Origin: the human T2T-CHM13v2.0 reference genome, Homo sapiens
Reading direction: 5' to 3' (one strand)
Assembly (NCBI RefSeq): GCF_009914755.1
Contig: NC_060930.1
Length of the DNA: 64,000 nucleotides
Shown here: piece by piece, positions 38,185-52,440 of the stretch
Layout: each line of letters opens with the position of its first letter
How positions within the stretch are numbered: the stretch's first letter is position 1
Program-made: the position numbers and the translations under genes
The notes under the pieces: model-generated
The model's database searches: none
Told to the model about the DNA's origin: nothing
What the model saw: the letters and a program-made list of their open reading frames with translations, nothing else

Positions 38185-38881
38185 CAAATACTTGGTTGCT
38201 GGAATTCAATGATGAATTATAGTTCATTCTTAACTTAGGGCTTTGAAATCTGTTCAGTCCTAAAGACCAGAATTTAAGACTTTAAAACCTTTCAACAAAG
38301 TTGAATTATAATCCATTCTTGATTTAGGGTTTTGGAAACCTTTAACAAAGACCTAGATTTCAGACTTTGAAACTTTTTAACAAAATTACTTACCATAGCA
38401 ATTGTTATTCTCTTGTATCTATTATTGGCATTTTTAGAAATTTTCACCATCATTTCTGGAACTGAATAATAGCAGTAACGTTTTTTCTATTTGGATTCTC
38501 TTTCTAAAATTACATTTACTATTATAGCTTGGTGTCTGCCACAGCCGTAATTAAGTACCATTTGTGAGTATAACAATCCCTTTTTTCAATCTTATTTAGC
38601 TTTCTATTTATTCTTTGACTATTACTTTTATTTTGAATGACAGGAAAGGGAAAATGTGTGGCCTAATTAACAAAATGTTACCAGCTATTCTTGGCTATAC
38701 ATGGGCAAAGATACTGAATCTAACAGTTAAACTGCAGACTACTGAGTGTTCTGTTCTTTTTTCTCAGACTATATCTATTCTTGATGAGATGAATATAGGC
38801 TGTTTATATATTGAAATTATGTAAATCCTCAGATCCTACCCAAATGGTGCGTAGCTCTTTCTCTTAAAAAGTAATTCTTCC

Positions 38882-39671
38882 TCTCAAAAGAAGACATTTA
38901 TGTGGGCAACAAACATATGAAAAAAAGCTCATCATCACTGGTCATTAGAGAAATGCAAATCAAAGCCACAATGAGATACCATCTCATGCCAGTTAGAATG
39001 GCGATTATTAGAAAGTCAGGAAACAACAGATGCTGGAGAGGATGTAGAGAAAAAGGAACGCTTTTACACTGTTGGTGGGTGTATAAATTAGTTCAACCAT
39101 TGTGGAAGACAGTGTGGTGATTCCTCAAGGATCTAGAACCAGAAATACCATTTGACCCAGTAATCCCATTACTGGGTATATACCCAAAGGATTATAAATC
39201 ATTCTACTATAAAGACACATACACACATATGTTTATTCCAGCACTATTCACAATAGCAAAGACTTGGAACCAACCCAAATGTCCATTAATGATAGACTGG
39301 ATAAAGAAAATGTGGCACATATATACCATAGAATACTATGCAGCCATAAAAAAGGATGAGTTCATGTCCTTTGCAGGGACATGGATGAAGCTGGAAACCA
39401 GCAAACTAACATAGGAACAGAAAACCAAACACTGCATGTTCTCACTCATAAGTGGGAGTTGAAGAATGAGAACACAGGGACACAGGGAGGGGAACATCAC
39501 ACACTGGGGCCTGTTGGTGGGTGAGGGCTAGGAAAGGGATAGCATTAGGAGAAATACCTAATGTAGATGACAGACAGGTTGATGGGTGCAGCAAACCACC
39601 GTGGCATGTGTATACATATGTAACAAATCTACACGTTCTGCACATGTATCCCAGAACTTAAAGTATAATAG
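38882..39671 (+). mobile_element. 5'-truncated L1PA7-like element
   Basis: ORF2 C-terminus ([18 protein letters not shown]...CWRGC..TLLHCWW) plus L1PA 3'UTR; TSD aaaagtaattcttcc/aaaagtaatctttcc. Confidence 0.93.
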
Positions 39672-39934
39672 AAAAGTAATCTTTCCTATCATTTCCCAGA
39701 TCTCTCACTTCTGAATTCCCATTTTACTCATAATCAGTAATTTATAGTTGATACTTGCTATAAGGCTGTCTGAGATCATTTAATTTGTTCTATGCCATAC
39801 ATTCTTCTTAAAAAATCAAAGAATGTATTTTTTTTATCTTCTGTGTTTGATAAAACATTTTGGGAGCTTTGAGCTTCTGCTTAGGATATAGAAAGCTGGA
39901 AAGCTTTGCTCCCAGAATTATAACCAAAAGAATC

Positions 39935-40216
39935 AGCAGAGTGTGGTGGCTCATGCCTGTAATCCCAGCTACTTGGGAGGCTGAGGCAGGAGTATTGCTT
40001 GAGCCCAGGAGTTCAACATAGCAAGACCCCATCTCCAAAATAAAAAAATAAATAAATAAATAAGCCAGGCCTGGTGCTGCACACTTGTAGTCCCAGCTAC
40101 TCTGGAGGCTGAGATGGGAGGATCACTTGAACCCTGGAGTTCAAGGCTGCAGTAAACTATGATCACGCCATGTACTCCAGCCAGGGCAACAGAACAAGAA
40201 CCCCTCCAAAAAAAAA
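39935..40216 (+). mobile_element. AluJ
   Basis: ttgcttgagcccaggagttc and ggagttcaaggctgcagtaaactatgatc are J-type positions. Confidence 0.9.
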
Positions 40217-41184
40217 GCTGATAATTTGAAAAATCACAACTTTTCTTGAATTCATCAGAGAGCTGAGATCACCGGGCAAAAACTAACTTAAAATATCTAA
40301 TGATAGATGGGCTTCCCTAAGGAGAGAGAGGGTTAAATCCTTGCTTACCTGAGGATGATGCTATTCAACAGTTAAGTCAGCAGAAAAACTCAGCTAATCT
40401 TTCTAATAAATTACTAAAGACTATGTGTGGGATAGTGTGAGCAAATAAAATCTCTAGGGCTGCTGCTCCAAAGGAATTCACAGCCCCTAGCAAGTTCTCC
40501 ACAGATCTCACTGTGCTCATGAGCAACATTAGCAGCAGGGGAAAATCTCAACAAGGCCTCCTTTGTTGGAAGGAGGGGAACATTACTCACTGTAGGAAAG
40601 GCATCAAGTCTCACCCAGACTTTCTACTTCATCACCCATATGGAACAAAAGACTTAAACTGCATGAGAAAGGGCAAAAATCTTGTCTCCTTGAGACCAAT
40701 GTGGAAGCATATGTGTGCAGATAGGGACAGAGAAAAAGAAAGACAAGAAAGAGAGACAAAAACCCTTTACCTGTAGGAAAAGAGGTCCCTGTCCCTAGGA
40801 AAGGGGCAGGAATATGTCCTGGGCCTAGACAGTCAGAGATCCCTTACTTCTGGAGACAATGCAAAATCACTGAGAAGGCCCTGGAGAAGACTGGTGGTTA
40901 AAAGCAAAGGAGAAAATGTTCCTTCTCTCCTTTTCCCAGGCTAGCAACATGGAGTAACAAATACTGCTCAAAGAGACTCAAGAATGTAAAAAGAGACCTT
41001 ATCTGAGACACAGATACAAGGCAGAGATAGAACAGTGAGAAAAACATTTCAGCATACCAGCCCTACCTGGCATAGAATTTAATACTGGAAGAATCAAAGA
41101 CTGAGGTTCACTGAGCCTTACAACAGTAACGAGAAAACTAAATTTAGTTCAATTCCTGATACATTCACCCTCCTATATTAAAAC

Positions 41185-41582
41185 CAGAGCAAAGAAAGAA
41201 AGAGAGAGTGAGAATGAACAAGAGACGAAAAAGAAACAAAGAAAGAAGGAAGAAAGAGAAACAGAGAGTGAAAAAAAGAGAGAGAAAGAAGGAAAATAGA
41301 AAGAAAAAGAAAGGAGAATGAAAAAAAGAAAGAAGAAAGAAAAAGAATGAAAGAAAAAAGGAAGGAAGGCAGGAAAGAAAGGAAGAAAGAGGGAGGGAGG
41401 GGAAAGAGAGAGAAGAAGGAGGGAGGGGAAAGAAAAAGAGAAAGAGAAAAGGGAAAAAGAAAGGAGAGAATGAAAAAGAGAAGAAAGAAAAGAAAGAAAA
41501 AAGGAAGGAAGGAGAAAGAGAGGGAGGGAGGGAGAGAGAGAGAGAAAGAAAGAAAAAAAGAAAAAGAGAAAGAAAAAAAGAC
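41185..41582. repeat. ~400-bp polypurine (GA-rich) tract
   Basis: Almost pure A/G; explains the low-complexity ORFs in the track. Confidence 0.95.
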
Positions 41583-44500
41583 AGATGTATGTTCATTGTT
41601 CATTTCAGGGAATAAATGCTAATTACATCAATCTCATTGTCTTACATAATATGCCAGATTTCAATGAAATATTATAAGATGGCCAAAGCAGCAAGAAAAA
41701 AAATACTCTGTCAAGAGACAAAGCAATCAAAAGAATCAAATTCAGATATAACACAGTTGTTGGAAATACCAGAGAAGAAATTTAATAATGCTAAAGTCTC
41801 TAGTGAAGAAGGTAGAAAGCATGCCTGTTCAGATGGCGAATTCAGCAGATTGATGAAACCTAAGAGCAAGAAAATAATGAAAATTCAGTAAAGAAATAAC
41901 AATAATGTTTTCAGTGGGCTAAACAGTAGATTCAACATAGCTGAGAAAATGATTAATAAACTTCAAGATAGATCAATAAAAATTACACACATTCAAACAC
42001 AAAGAAAAACAGTAAAAAACGCAAGAACCAAACAGATTTCAAGAGATGTCAGGCAATATCAAATGATCCAATGTGTGTGTATAAAGAATCGCTGAAGGAG
42101 GAAAGAGAAAGTATGTCACAGAATAGGTTTTGAAGAGATAATGGTGAGTATTCTCAAAAATTAAATTAAAATACCGAATTCCATATCCAAAAAGCTCAGA
42201 GAGTGATAAGCAACATAAATCAAATAACAAAACAAAACAAAACACAGAAGAAAGAAGAGAGGGAGAAAAAGGGAAGGGGAGGAAAAGAAAGGGAGAGAGA
42301 GTTTCAAATTGTTGGAAATAGATTAATAAAGGAAAAAACTCACATTACATAAAAGTAATAAAGATAAGAATTCAAGCAATTTTTTTTAAAAAAACTAGGC
42401 AGAGAATACAATGGAGTGATATCTTTGTAGAAAGAAAATGACTGTCAACCTAGAATTCTATATCCAGTGAAATTATTTTCAAAATAAAGATATAAAGATC
42501 TTTTCAGAAAAAAATAATTGAAACTTATTACCAATGTACCTGGTTTAAGGAAAATATTAATGGAAGTTCTTCAGGCAGAAGATAGGACAGCAGTCAAGAT
42601 TTCAGATCTACACAAAGTGATAAAGAGACAAGGAAAGGATATATATAAAGTTCATTTTTTTCTTACTTTTAGATGATGTGAATCTAACTGAATTCTATAG
42701 CAAAAGTATTATCAATGCCATTTGGCATATGTAGAAATAAAATGAATGACAAAAATAGCACTAAAGATAGAAGGGAGTCCTTCATTGTAAGATCTATACA
42801 ATATACATAAAGTAATATATTATTATAAGATAGACTGTGATTAATTAAGAATGCATATGTAGACTCAGGCTAAGCCACTAGAAATTTTTTGTAATATTTA
42901 AACGAAATAAGCCAGCACTGGAGATAAACTAGAATCTCCAAAAAAAAATTAATAAAAAAGAAGCAAAAAAAAAAAAAAGAAAAGAACTAAGGATGTGATG
43001 AAACAAACAGAATATGCCTAACAAGATATTATATTTTATTTCAATGATATCAATAAATACCTTATTTAAATGGCCTAGATTATCATATTGCATGAAAAAA
43101 CAACTATATACTGTTTAAAAGAAAACATATATGTATATACGTATACATGCACATGTGAAATATAGTATAGAAATGTAAAAAATGTAAAAGAACAGAAAAG
43201 GTAAAACCATGCAAACATGAATCAAAAGAGTGTTGAAATGTTGAGTATATTAATATCAGATAAATTAGACCTCAGAACAAGAAATATCATCAAGGATAAA
43301 TAGAAACATTGCATAATAATAAAAATTCAAATAGCCAGTAAAAAGGAAAGCTCATTAATGTGTATGCATCTAACAACAGAACTTCGAAAGAATTTAAAAA
43401 ATGTTAGAATTAAAAGAATAGGCAAATCCACAGTAGTATTTGCAGCTTTCAACAATCCTCCTTAAGTATTCAATAAAAGAAGAAAACAGGCAATTAGTAA
43501 AGATGTACAGGACTCAAACAGTAACAACCAGTTTGACCTTTATAGGACACTCCACCTAACAATGGCAGAATGCTCATTCTTTTCAAGTGCATATGGACTA
43601 TTGAGTAAAACATACTATATCCTAGTCCATAAGACTTTGTCAAAATAAAATAATTCAACTCATGCAAAGCGTATTTTCTTACCAGAACATAATTGAAATA
43701 GAAACAAACAGCAGAAAGATATTTGGAAGCATTCTCAAATATTTGGAGATTAAACAACACTTTTTTTTTAAGCCCCTAGATCAAAAAGAGAATCACAATG
43801 GAAATTAAGAAAAAAAAAAAGCGAATGAAATGAAAACACAGCATATCTGGGATGCAGTTAATGCAGTGTTTACAAGGAAATTTATAGCAATAAGTGCTTA
43901 TATTAAGAGAAGAAAGGATTCAAGTCACATATATAAACATTACCTTAACAAAATTAAAAATTGATAGTAAATTTAACCCAATGAAAATAGAAGGGAAAAA
44001 TTAATGAAGACTAGAGCAGAAACCAGTAAGACTGACAACAGAAAAATAAAAAATAAAATTAAAAGTTTGTTCTTTGAAAAGACAAAAGGATAAGCCTATA
44101 GTCAAAACTTGGTATCAAGTTTTGATATTTCTTCATATCAGGAAAATCCAAGGTAAGACAAAAATTCCAAACATCTGAAACAAAAAATAAGGACATCAGT
44201 ACGGATCATACAGTAATTGAAATACTAATAAGGAAATTATATGAACAACATGATGTTCATACATTTAACAATTGAGATTCCATGGACAATATTTAACACC
44301 CATTCATAATAAAAAGCCTCAGCAAAATAGGAAGAGAAGTGACCTTACCTGGTAGAAGCAATCTATGGAAAGCCTACAACTAATGTCATTCTTTATGGCA
44401 AAAGATTGAGTATTTTACTTAAGAATGAAAACAAAGCATACATGTTCACTCACCCCCTGACAATTTACTATTATACTGATGTTCTTAGGTAATGTAATGA

Positions 44501-46754
44501 AAAAAAAGGCATAAAAATTACACAGATTGGAAATGAAGAAATAAAACTGTAATTGTAGAAAACATAATTTTCTGTGTAGGTAATTTCAAAGAATATTTTA
44601 AAACCTATTCTAACAAAAGAGTTTAACAAGATCACAACATACAAGGCTGATCTACAAAAATCAATTAGTTTTCTATATGTGAGCAATGAAAAATTGAAAT
44701 ACAGAAGAAATTGAAAACCATTTACAATAGAACTAAAAATGTCAGATAGCAATAAAACAGGAAATAGATCCAACCATACATGGTCAATTGATTCTTAACA
44801 ATGTTGCAATGACAACATAATGTACAAACAATATGTTTTGCAACAGACGGTGCTGAAAATTTTGATACACATATGCAGAGAATAAAAGAAATATAGCACA
44901 AACTTCACAACCTATATAAAGATTAACTCAAGATTGGACCACAGACCTAATTGTAAAATGTAAAACTATAAAATGTTTAGAAGGAAATATTAGAGAGTAC
45001 CTCTGTGATCTTGCATTGTACAAAAATCTCTTAAATATGACACTAAAAACATGATCTGTTAAAATTTTGATAAGTTGATTTTCATCAACATTACAAATTT
45101 GTGTTCTGCAGAAACACTGTAAAGAGAATGAGAAGACAAGCACATACTGAGCAACAACATTTACAAGTCACATATCTGATCAATAACTTGTATTCATAAT
45201 ATATAAAGAACTCTCACAACTCAGTAAAAAGAAAACAAACAACTCAATAATAAATGGAAAAAATTCCTGAACAGACACTTCATCAGAGTTATAGGGATGG
45301 TAAACAAGCATGTAATAGGTGTTCAACTTTTTTTTAATTGTAGAAATGCAAACTAAAGACAAAATGGGATACTGCTATGCACCTACTAGAATGCTAGAAT
45401 AAAAAAATTGATAATAAAAAGCTTTGCCAAGGATGTGGAGCAACTAAAACTCTTACGTAGTTGTGATGAGAATAAAACTTATTGCAGCCACTTAGGAAAC
45501 TGTTCTGTCATTTTTTCTAAAGTTAATGCACTCTTAATATATGATGCTGCAATTGCACACATTTCTAGATATTTATCCAAATGCAGTGAAAACCAATGTT
45601 CACACAAAAACTGGTATATGAATGGTTAGATGAGTGTTGTCCATAATTGCCATGAAGTGGAAATCGTCAATGTATCATTCAACTTAGAAATGGATAAACA
45701 AACAGTGGTAGATCCATACAATTGAATGATACTGAGCTGTAAATAAAAAGGGAATAAGCTATTGTTAGATACAAGAAAATGGATGGCCCTAAAATGCATC
45801 ATTTTAAGTAAAAGAAGCCAGATTGAAAAGGCTGAAGACTGTATGTTTTATATAACCTTTTAGATAAAGTGAGAAAAAACAAATCAGACAAGCAGTGAAA
45901 GTGATGAGAAAAGCATCACTGATACGTAGGAAATAATCTCCATAGAATCTAATGATGAAATAGATAGGGATTTGGGAAAGAAAGTCATTATGAATGGTTT
46001 ATCAGAGTCCATTTTGCCAAATCAGATGGATATCATTCACTGGGACACTGGTCTGTTGGTGGAAGTCCATGTTTGTCCGGCAGGATCACGTTGTCATTAA
46101 TTTATTCATTCATGCTAAACACCATATATACCAGAAACTGCTGTACATGATTTTCTGAAATTCAAAGAGTGTATTCTAATAGGGCTTTCTTCATATCTGA
46201 TTTGATTACCTCCCCTTTTATGTTTCCCAAAATGCTACTTAAACCCATGATTAAATTATTGTGTAGTAATACATTTGTATCCAAAGTAGATTCAAATCCC
46301 TTTTAAAAACGTATGATTTATTTCAGAGGACAACCTCCCTTTTCAGGCTTTGTTTAAACAATTGTGTGAACTAAACAATGTCTTACATATGGCATAATTC
46401 AAAAGGGTCTGGACCAAGTTCAGTGGAACTGGAACATAATGGTGGTGGTTTAACTCATTTAAGCATGTATGATTCTAGTTATTATTCAACAGGAACTGAC
46501 ATTTTAATCCATGATACGTTACAAATTTTTAAGAATTTTATTTGTAGACAAATGCACATTAATGACTTATAGAATAACATCGAGGTAACATCTGGTATTT
46601 TGTTTCATCCATCCATCTGCTTCTTCAGTTCTGTCATAGACACCTTTCTTCTTATTACTTTCAAGCACAACCTTAGATACAGTCAACAGCTGGAGGTATG
46701 GTCTCTCTTATCTCCTTGCATATAATCTCATTCATCCTCAATTCAAAACAAGCG

Positions 46755-46860
46755 TATGTGTGTGTATGTATGTATGTGTGTATATATAGGTATGTGTGTG
46801 TATGTATATTATATGTATATGTGTGTGTACATATATGCTTATATTTATATATTATTATAT
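46755..46860. repeat. (TG/TA)n degenerate microsatellite
   Basis: Seen directly. Confidence 0.85.
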
Positions 46861-47634
46861 CTGTATACAGCGACACTAAAGTTAATTGCAAAAACTGCAT
46901 TATTATTTGTAAATAGGTAATCTTTTTTGGAGGGCAGTGGGGAATAGAAAAAAGAAGCATCTTCCACCAGCTTTATTGATTGCATGCTTCTGAGTTTGCA
47001 TACTATCTCCCCAATTCTCTCTCATTCTGACTTACTTTTCAGTTATGAGTCTGCTGTAGTAGTCTACTCCCCAAACGCAAGGCAAGGATATGGACCATTT
47101 CCTTGTTGGGCTGCTTTTTACAAATTATTACATCTCTAGAGAAAAATATACTTTGTAAAACTCTGTTGGCATGAACTCAATTGGTGCTGAGTACAATGAT
47201 AGGAAGAGAATATGTGTAGCTACCACATACAGACACCAAAAACAGAGGTACCCCCCGCAAAATAACTTACTTCCTCAAAAGGCCAGCACCACCAAACCCC
47301 AATTCACACCTCTCCTATACTCATTCTGCACTCACACAGATCTCCTATGTCTTTCTGTCCATAAAATAAACTGAGGGAAAGAGCAGGATGAATCTGGCAG
47401 ATGTATTGTGATGGGGGGCATTTGCCATGATAATTAAGTTCATTATTCCTTTGAGGTGAGTGTAAGAAAGAGAAAAGATTTGACCTGATTTATTAGTCAT
47501 ATATTAGTCATACCTTCTTTAAAATCCTGTAGCAGTGTCATATTACTTATAGATGTTATTTCCATTCCAAAATTATACCGCTCAATGCCAGCAATCTTTT
47601 TCATCATCATATCACAGCACCCACATATCAACCA

Positions 47635-48002
47635 ATCCTATTTGGATCCTGATTCAAATAAACTGGAAAACAAAACCACTTACAATATCCATAGACAATT
47701 TGAAAATTTGAGCAATGAGTTGATATTTGATAATATTAAGAATTATTACTGTTTTAGAGGTGGTTTGTAATTTGGGATTATGTTATAAAAGATCTTTATC
47801 TTTCAGAGATACATATTGAACTATTTAAAGATGAAAAATAATGTCTAGAATTTGCTTCCAAATAATACAGGGCATGGATGCAGATATGGATGAAACAAGA
47901 TTGGCCATAAGCTTTTAATTATTGGAGCTGGGTGATAGGATCATAGTGATACATTATACTATTCTTTATATGGATTTGAATTGCTTCATAATAAAAATAA
48001 AA
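47635..48002 (+). mobile_element. L1ME-type 3' end
   Basis: ttggatcctgattcaaa...gatatttgataatattaag...atgaaacaagattggcca...cattatactattct...cataataaaaa. Confidence 0.75.
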
Positions 48003-48010
48003 CTGATCAA

Positions 48011-48238
48011 AATGGCCACTTATTGAGTATGTATTTTATGGTAATAGCTTTAAATGTATTATCCCATTTAATCCTGACAACAAGTAGACTGGTATTTATT
48101 ATTAGTTCCATGTGATAGCTGAAATTGCTTAAGTCAAGAGGGCAAGAGTCAAAAGACTTGAGGCACATAGCTGGTAAAGGGTAGTAGCTCAAGGCCCATC
48201 TGATTCCAAAGGCTGTATTCTTTCTGGTATACCAGACC
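48011..48238 (-). mobile_element. MIR
   Basis: cacttattgag...tattatcccatttaatcctgacaac...catctgattccaaagg. Confidence 0.7.
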
Positions 48239-48716
48239 ATGAAAAACTCTGAACCCTTTCCTTAGAAAAAGAGTACCCTTTTCTTCTATTCACACACATT
48301 GACATTGCCCTTTGATTTGCATTCAGACACTTTTTACCTGCCTGATGTGATTTTCAGATCTGTATTTTAAAACTTCTGCAATTATAAAATGTTAGAATAG
48401 CTAGTTTCATTAGCAAGTATGATCAAATTGCTAACTAGAATTGAGATTTTCCTTTTCTCCTAACCTTCTGTTCTGCATAGGTTGGATAAAATAAAAGGTA
48501 TTGAGAGAGCAGTGTTGCTTGCGTGCCATTTTTCACTTCTTAATTAGTGCCATGCAGTTATGGCTACAAATATAGGGTCGCTTGGCCAACTTTGAAAGAC
48601 AACTTTAGCTACTACCTGCTTTGTGCTGATTAGTCTGTCCGCTGTTATTGCACCTTATGTCTGAGCAATTTGCAGCAAAATCCTATGGCTTGTTTCCTAA
48701 TGCCTTTCAAGGGGAT

Positions 48717-48886
48717 GCAGTGTGCTGCAGAGGAAAGAACACTCAATAGAGAGGGGGCAAGACCTGACCCTCTACTGTTTCTTAAGTACTTTACCTGGGG
48801 CAAGACAATTTAATGCATCTCTGTTTCATTTTGCACAGCTATGAAATAAAGAGCTTGGTTGTAACTACAGATTCCCTTTCAGCTCT
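48717..48886 (+). mobile_element. MIR/MIR3
   Basis: gcagtgtg...gaaagaacact...acctggggcaagacaatttaa...tctgtttcatttt...ccctttcagctct. Confidence 0.55.
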
Positions 48887-50699
48887 ATTTTTTTTCTCTT
48901 GTGGTTCTCTTACCTCATTGTACCTTGTAGTAAATGCTTCTTTATCCTCCTGTCCTCCATTCTCTGTGTTAGTCCCCAAATTACTTGATTATCTATATAA
49001 GGACCAATTTAAATAGGTACAAATGAAGAAAGAACTTGTGATTAACTTTTGCTTGCAACAGAAGTTTTACACTGGAGTGATAGCATAGCCTATTGCTGCA
49101 GAAAAGACAAAGGGACAAAATAATGTGTGTGCTCTGCAAGATGGATTCTGACATGTAAGCTTGAGAAGTCTGATTAGCAGTGCAGTTTTCAGGTTGTTAT
49201 CAGCATTTGATGCATTTCTTAAGCATTTATGAATAGATTTGTTCAGAAAGATGGTTTGTTTATGTGTTGTTCAAGCAAGGACATAATGGCAAAATCACTG
49301 TATCATCTCCTATTACCAATTCCTCTGAACCATCCAGTTCCCATAGAAGCCATTTGAGAAACGTTAACTACTCCCTAAAGGGAGAGTTGTAGAGGAACCT
49401 GCATTTACAGGTCATTAGTTACCTTCTGCATTACATTACCTGTTATTTTTAGATAATCTCACTAATCTGGTATTCAGGGTAATTTCTAAATAATTTAGTC
49501 CCCAGATGTATTTGGATTTCCAAATTCAGACCCTTAGGAAAGTACACAGGGAAATCTCAGATAGAGCAAAATTGATGACTCGTGCCAACGAATTTCCCAT
49601 TCTGAAATACAAGGTAGTTCATCTAGTGTAGATCTTTTTTTTTTCTGTTTAATGCAGCAAAATAATTTAACTCTTTTTTTTTTCTATTGAACTCTTAAAC
49701 TCTTTTACTAATTAAAAAAAATAAATGCCATGTGATGGGCTTTTTAAATGCAATCTTGGATGGCTTTTCATTTTCCAAGTCAGTCTATGAGAATGCTGTG
49801 GGAGGTGTCTGCCTGGAAGGATGTACACCAAGAAGATGGAATAACAAACTGTGCTCCTGGGAGAACAGGGGGCCCTGTTATTCACAATCCCTGATGTTGG
49901 GTAACATAAAATGGGAATTACTTTTCCTCCTGTCATGGTGGGATTGCCATCCTGCGGTCTTGACAAAGAAGAATCAAGAATCAGGTAACATTCATATTAG
50001 CTCAAAGAGGTCCGTAGTGCTCAACTACTCAAGCAATTCCTTTGGTTCTTAACACAAAAAAAAGAAAAAAAAATGCCACGGCAGCTTGGGAAAATGTCCA
50101 AGAGAATATATGATGTATTTGATTACATTATTCTTGATTTTTACTTTATATGTCTCTTCTTATCTTTAATAATACCCTATACATGATTTAGATCCCATTT
50201 TCCATATGAAGCAAAATACATGCTTTACATTTAACTTTACTAATAATCAAGGAGAGGTTTCTCCTGTAGCTCACATCCGTAAAAACAAACAAACACAAAA
50301 CACAACTCTCGTTCTTTAGAACCGTCTTCTCAGCTAGACCTGCTTTTCTATTAATACGACATTTTTACCTTCACAAATGACTTCTCTTTAGAAATGCAGC
50401 ATTCACACTGTAAAGTCATGGCCACTGAATCTGTTGAATATGCACAGAGTCAAAATCTGTGATGTTGAAACGAAATCTAAAGGTGAATGAGTGACTTAGA
50501 AAGAATTTTTTCTTAGCTGGCATTCTCCCACCACCCACCCCTTTCTCTATGAAACAGAATATCCCCTATGAAAGCCCATGAAAGCAAGGCATGAGACTAG
50601 AGTCAGTGTAAAGGTAATTTATTCATAAAGCAATTTCAGGGAAAAGGAGTGAAACCTGAAAAAAGTAAAGCAAAAAAGGAAGAAAAGCAAATACAAGGG

Positions 50700-51248
50700 T
50701 GTATTAACCATGCCTTTTTATTATTTGTATTTCTGATGCTTTGATATCTGGGCCTTTGCTGACCCTAGAGGGACTGCCCCTCCCAAGGTTAGCCCATTAC
50801 CAGAGATAGCTGGTAAGAGGTCTCCTGGAAGCGTGCTTTTCATATGCCAACTAACCAATCCAGCACCCACACCTGATGACTGCCTCATTTAATGGCTCTT
50901 ACACTCCATGCCATTATTCCCCTCCTCTAATACCCCCAGGGCCAGGTACTACACTGTTAAGAGTCAACCCCCACACAGAGGAGCCTGCTGAAATCATTCC
51001 AACCAGCCAACCCTAACCCTTTCTGCCCTGCTTATCCTACCTGGTCCATTCTTTCCTGCAAAAAACACAATAAAAGCCCTTGCCCATGGCCCACCCCCAC
51101 TTCCTGATACCTGGTACCCTGGTACTTTCCCATGTGGCCCTGCATGGTGTGGGAACTGTGGAGTAAGGCACTATCTTTGCAATGAAAGTCCTCTTAATCT
51201 GTTGGCCTCATCATACTTGAAAAATAATAAAACCTACATTTTAAAACA
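50700..51248 (+). mobile_element. MER74A-like ERVL solo LTR
   Basis: tgtattaaccatg...gctgaccctagagggactgcccctccc...aataataaaacctacattttaaaaca; TSD aaggg/aaagg. Confidence 0.88.
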
Positions 51249-51287
51249 AAAGGTATGTTACCTAAATAGTTATGCTATGTGGACAAC

Positions 51288-51702
51288 TAGGCGTCAAATT
51301 AAGCAGTAACTTAAGCATACCCGGAGAATGACCCTATGGTCTAAGAAGAATGTATGTTTTCAGTGTCAGGCTAAGGACTCTGGGAGTGGCCAGCCCGGAG
51401 ATTTTCTCCTTATCTATGAAGCACATCTGAATCCCTGGCCCATTCACAGGATGTGCAAGGAACCAAGGACCTTTGGGGTTAAACGGAGGTTGCCAGGTGG
51501 AGGGTGCTAAATGAAGATGCTATATAAACTGTGTGATTTTTACAAACAGTAGCCATTGTACAGTCTAGCTGGCTGCTCCAGGACCTGCCCCATATGTAAA
51601 TCCTCAATAAATCCTATGTCTTGTTCACTGGCTCTGAGTCTCTTCTTCACCCTCTCCAACACAGTTCCTTCCTATTGGACTCAATACAGGGTCCGGCAAA
51701 CA
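51288..51702 (+). mobile_element. LTR47-like solo LTR
   Basis: gagaatgaccct...gggagtggccagcccggagatt...ccttatctatga; TATATAAA and AATAAA present; 5' boundary approximate. Confidence 0.75.
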
Positions 51703-51939
51703 GAACTGAATGGGGAGCATCTGTTTACTGCCTCCTGTCCTGTACTGTCAAGAGTCCCCATGAGGCACTAACATCCACAGGACTCCAAAATTTCCTGTGT
51801 GAGTGCTCAGTAGGTTTCCATGGACATTTGCCACCCCGGCTTCAGCACAGGAAGACAATGCAGCTAAGGTCAGGTTACACCTTCATTAAATCGGTTTCTA
51901 CAACAGGGACTTGAGTAAAAGATGGGCTCCATAACTTAC

Positions 51940-52440
51940 AGTAAGGAAGATGGATCTGCTTTGGTCAAGAATAGGCCGAGGCAGACATCTGGGCCAGCGT
52001 GACTCAGCGAGTTTGGAGCACAGGTGCATAACTCTGCTTGTTATATAACCTGTTTGTGTAAGTTCACACTCGGCTCTGAGCCACCATTGTCTGTAAAAGG
52101 TATAACTGCCCTGCTGACACTGCACGTGTGGCTCATGCCCAGAGAGAGAGAGAGTGAAACTGCTGCCCCTGTAAGGGAGAGCTGGCCCTCTTGCAGTCGG
52201 ACAGGAGGGAGCCAGAAACCAGCAAGCATACCAGGGAGTGTGGCTGTAAGTGTGGGAGTGGCAGGAGTCATGGAGCAGGAGAGGGCAGCCAAGACAAAGG
52301 TAGACAGTGTGAGAGAGCTGCTGAATAAAGCCATATTTCACCTGCCTACGGCCCCCAAGTTTTCTTTCAGTTATCTGCCAGCCATCTACCCACTCCCCTC
52401 AGACCTCAGTGTGGGCTAGAACCTGACACTTGGTGTGACA
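51940..52440 (+). mobile_element. LTR18-family solo LTR
   Basis: gtaaggaagatggatctgctttggtcaagaataggccgaggcagacatc...gtgtgaca; perfect TSD cttac; AP-1 site TGACTCA at 52000-52006. Confidence 0.88.

Larger units (their letters stand above)
39860..45870 (+). mobile_element. Near full-length but deleted ancient L1M (L1MC/MD-type)
   Basis: 5'UTR, ORF1-like 41650-42600 (gtcaacctagaattctatatccagtgaaa), ORF2-like 43050-45750, 3'UTR start. Confidence 0.8.

Noticed and set aside
41165-41622. Long Phe/Leu/Ser-rich and Lys/Glu/Arg-rich ORFs
   Set aside because: Artefacts of a stop-free polypurine tract.
51898-52419. Overlapping 131-147-aa ORFs
   Set aside because: Lie essentially within a GC-richer LTR18 solo LTR.
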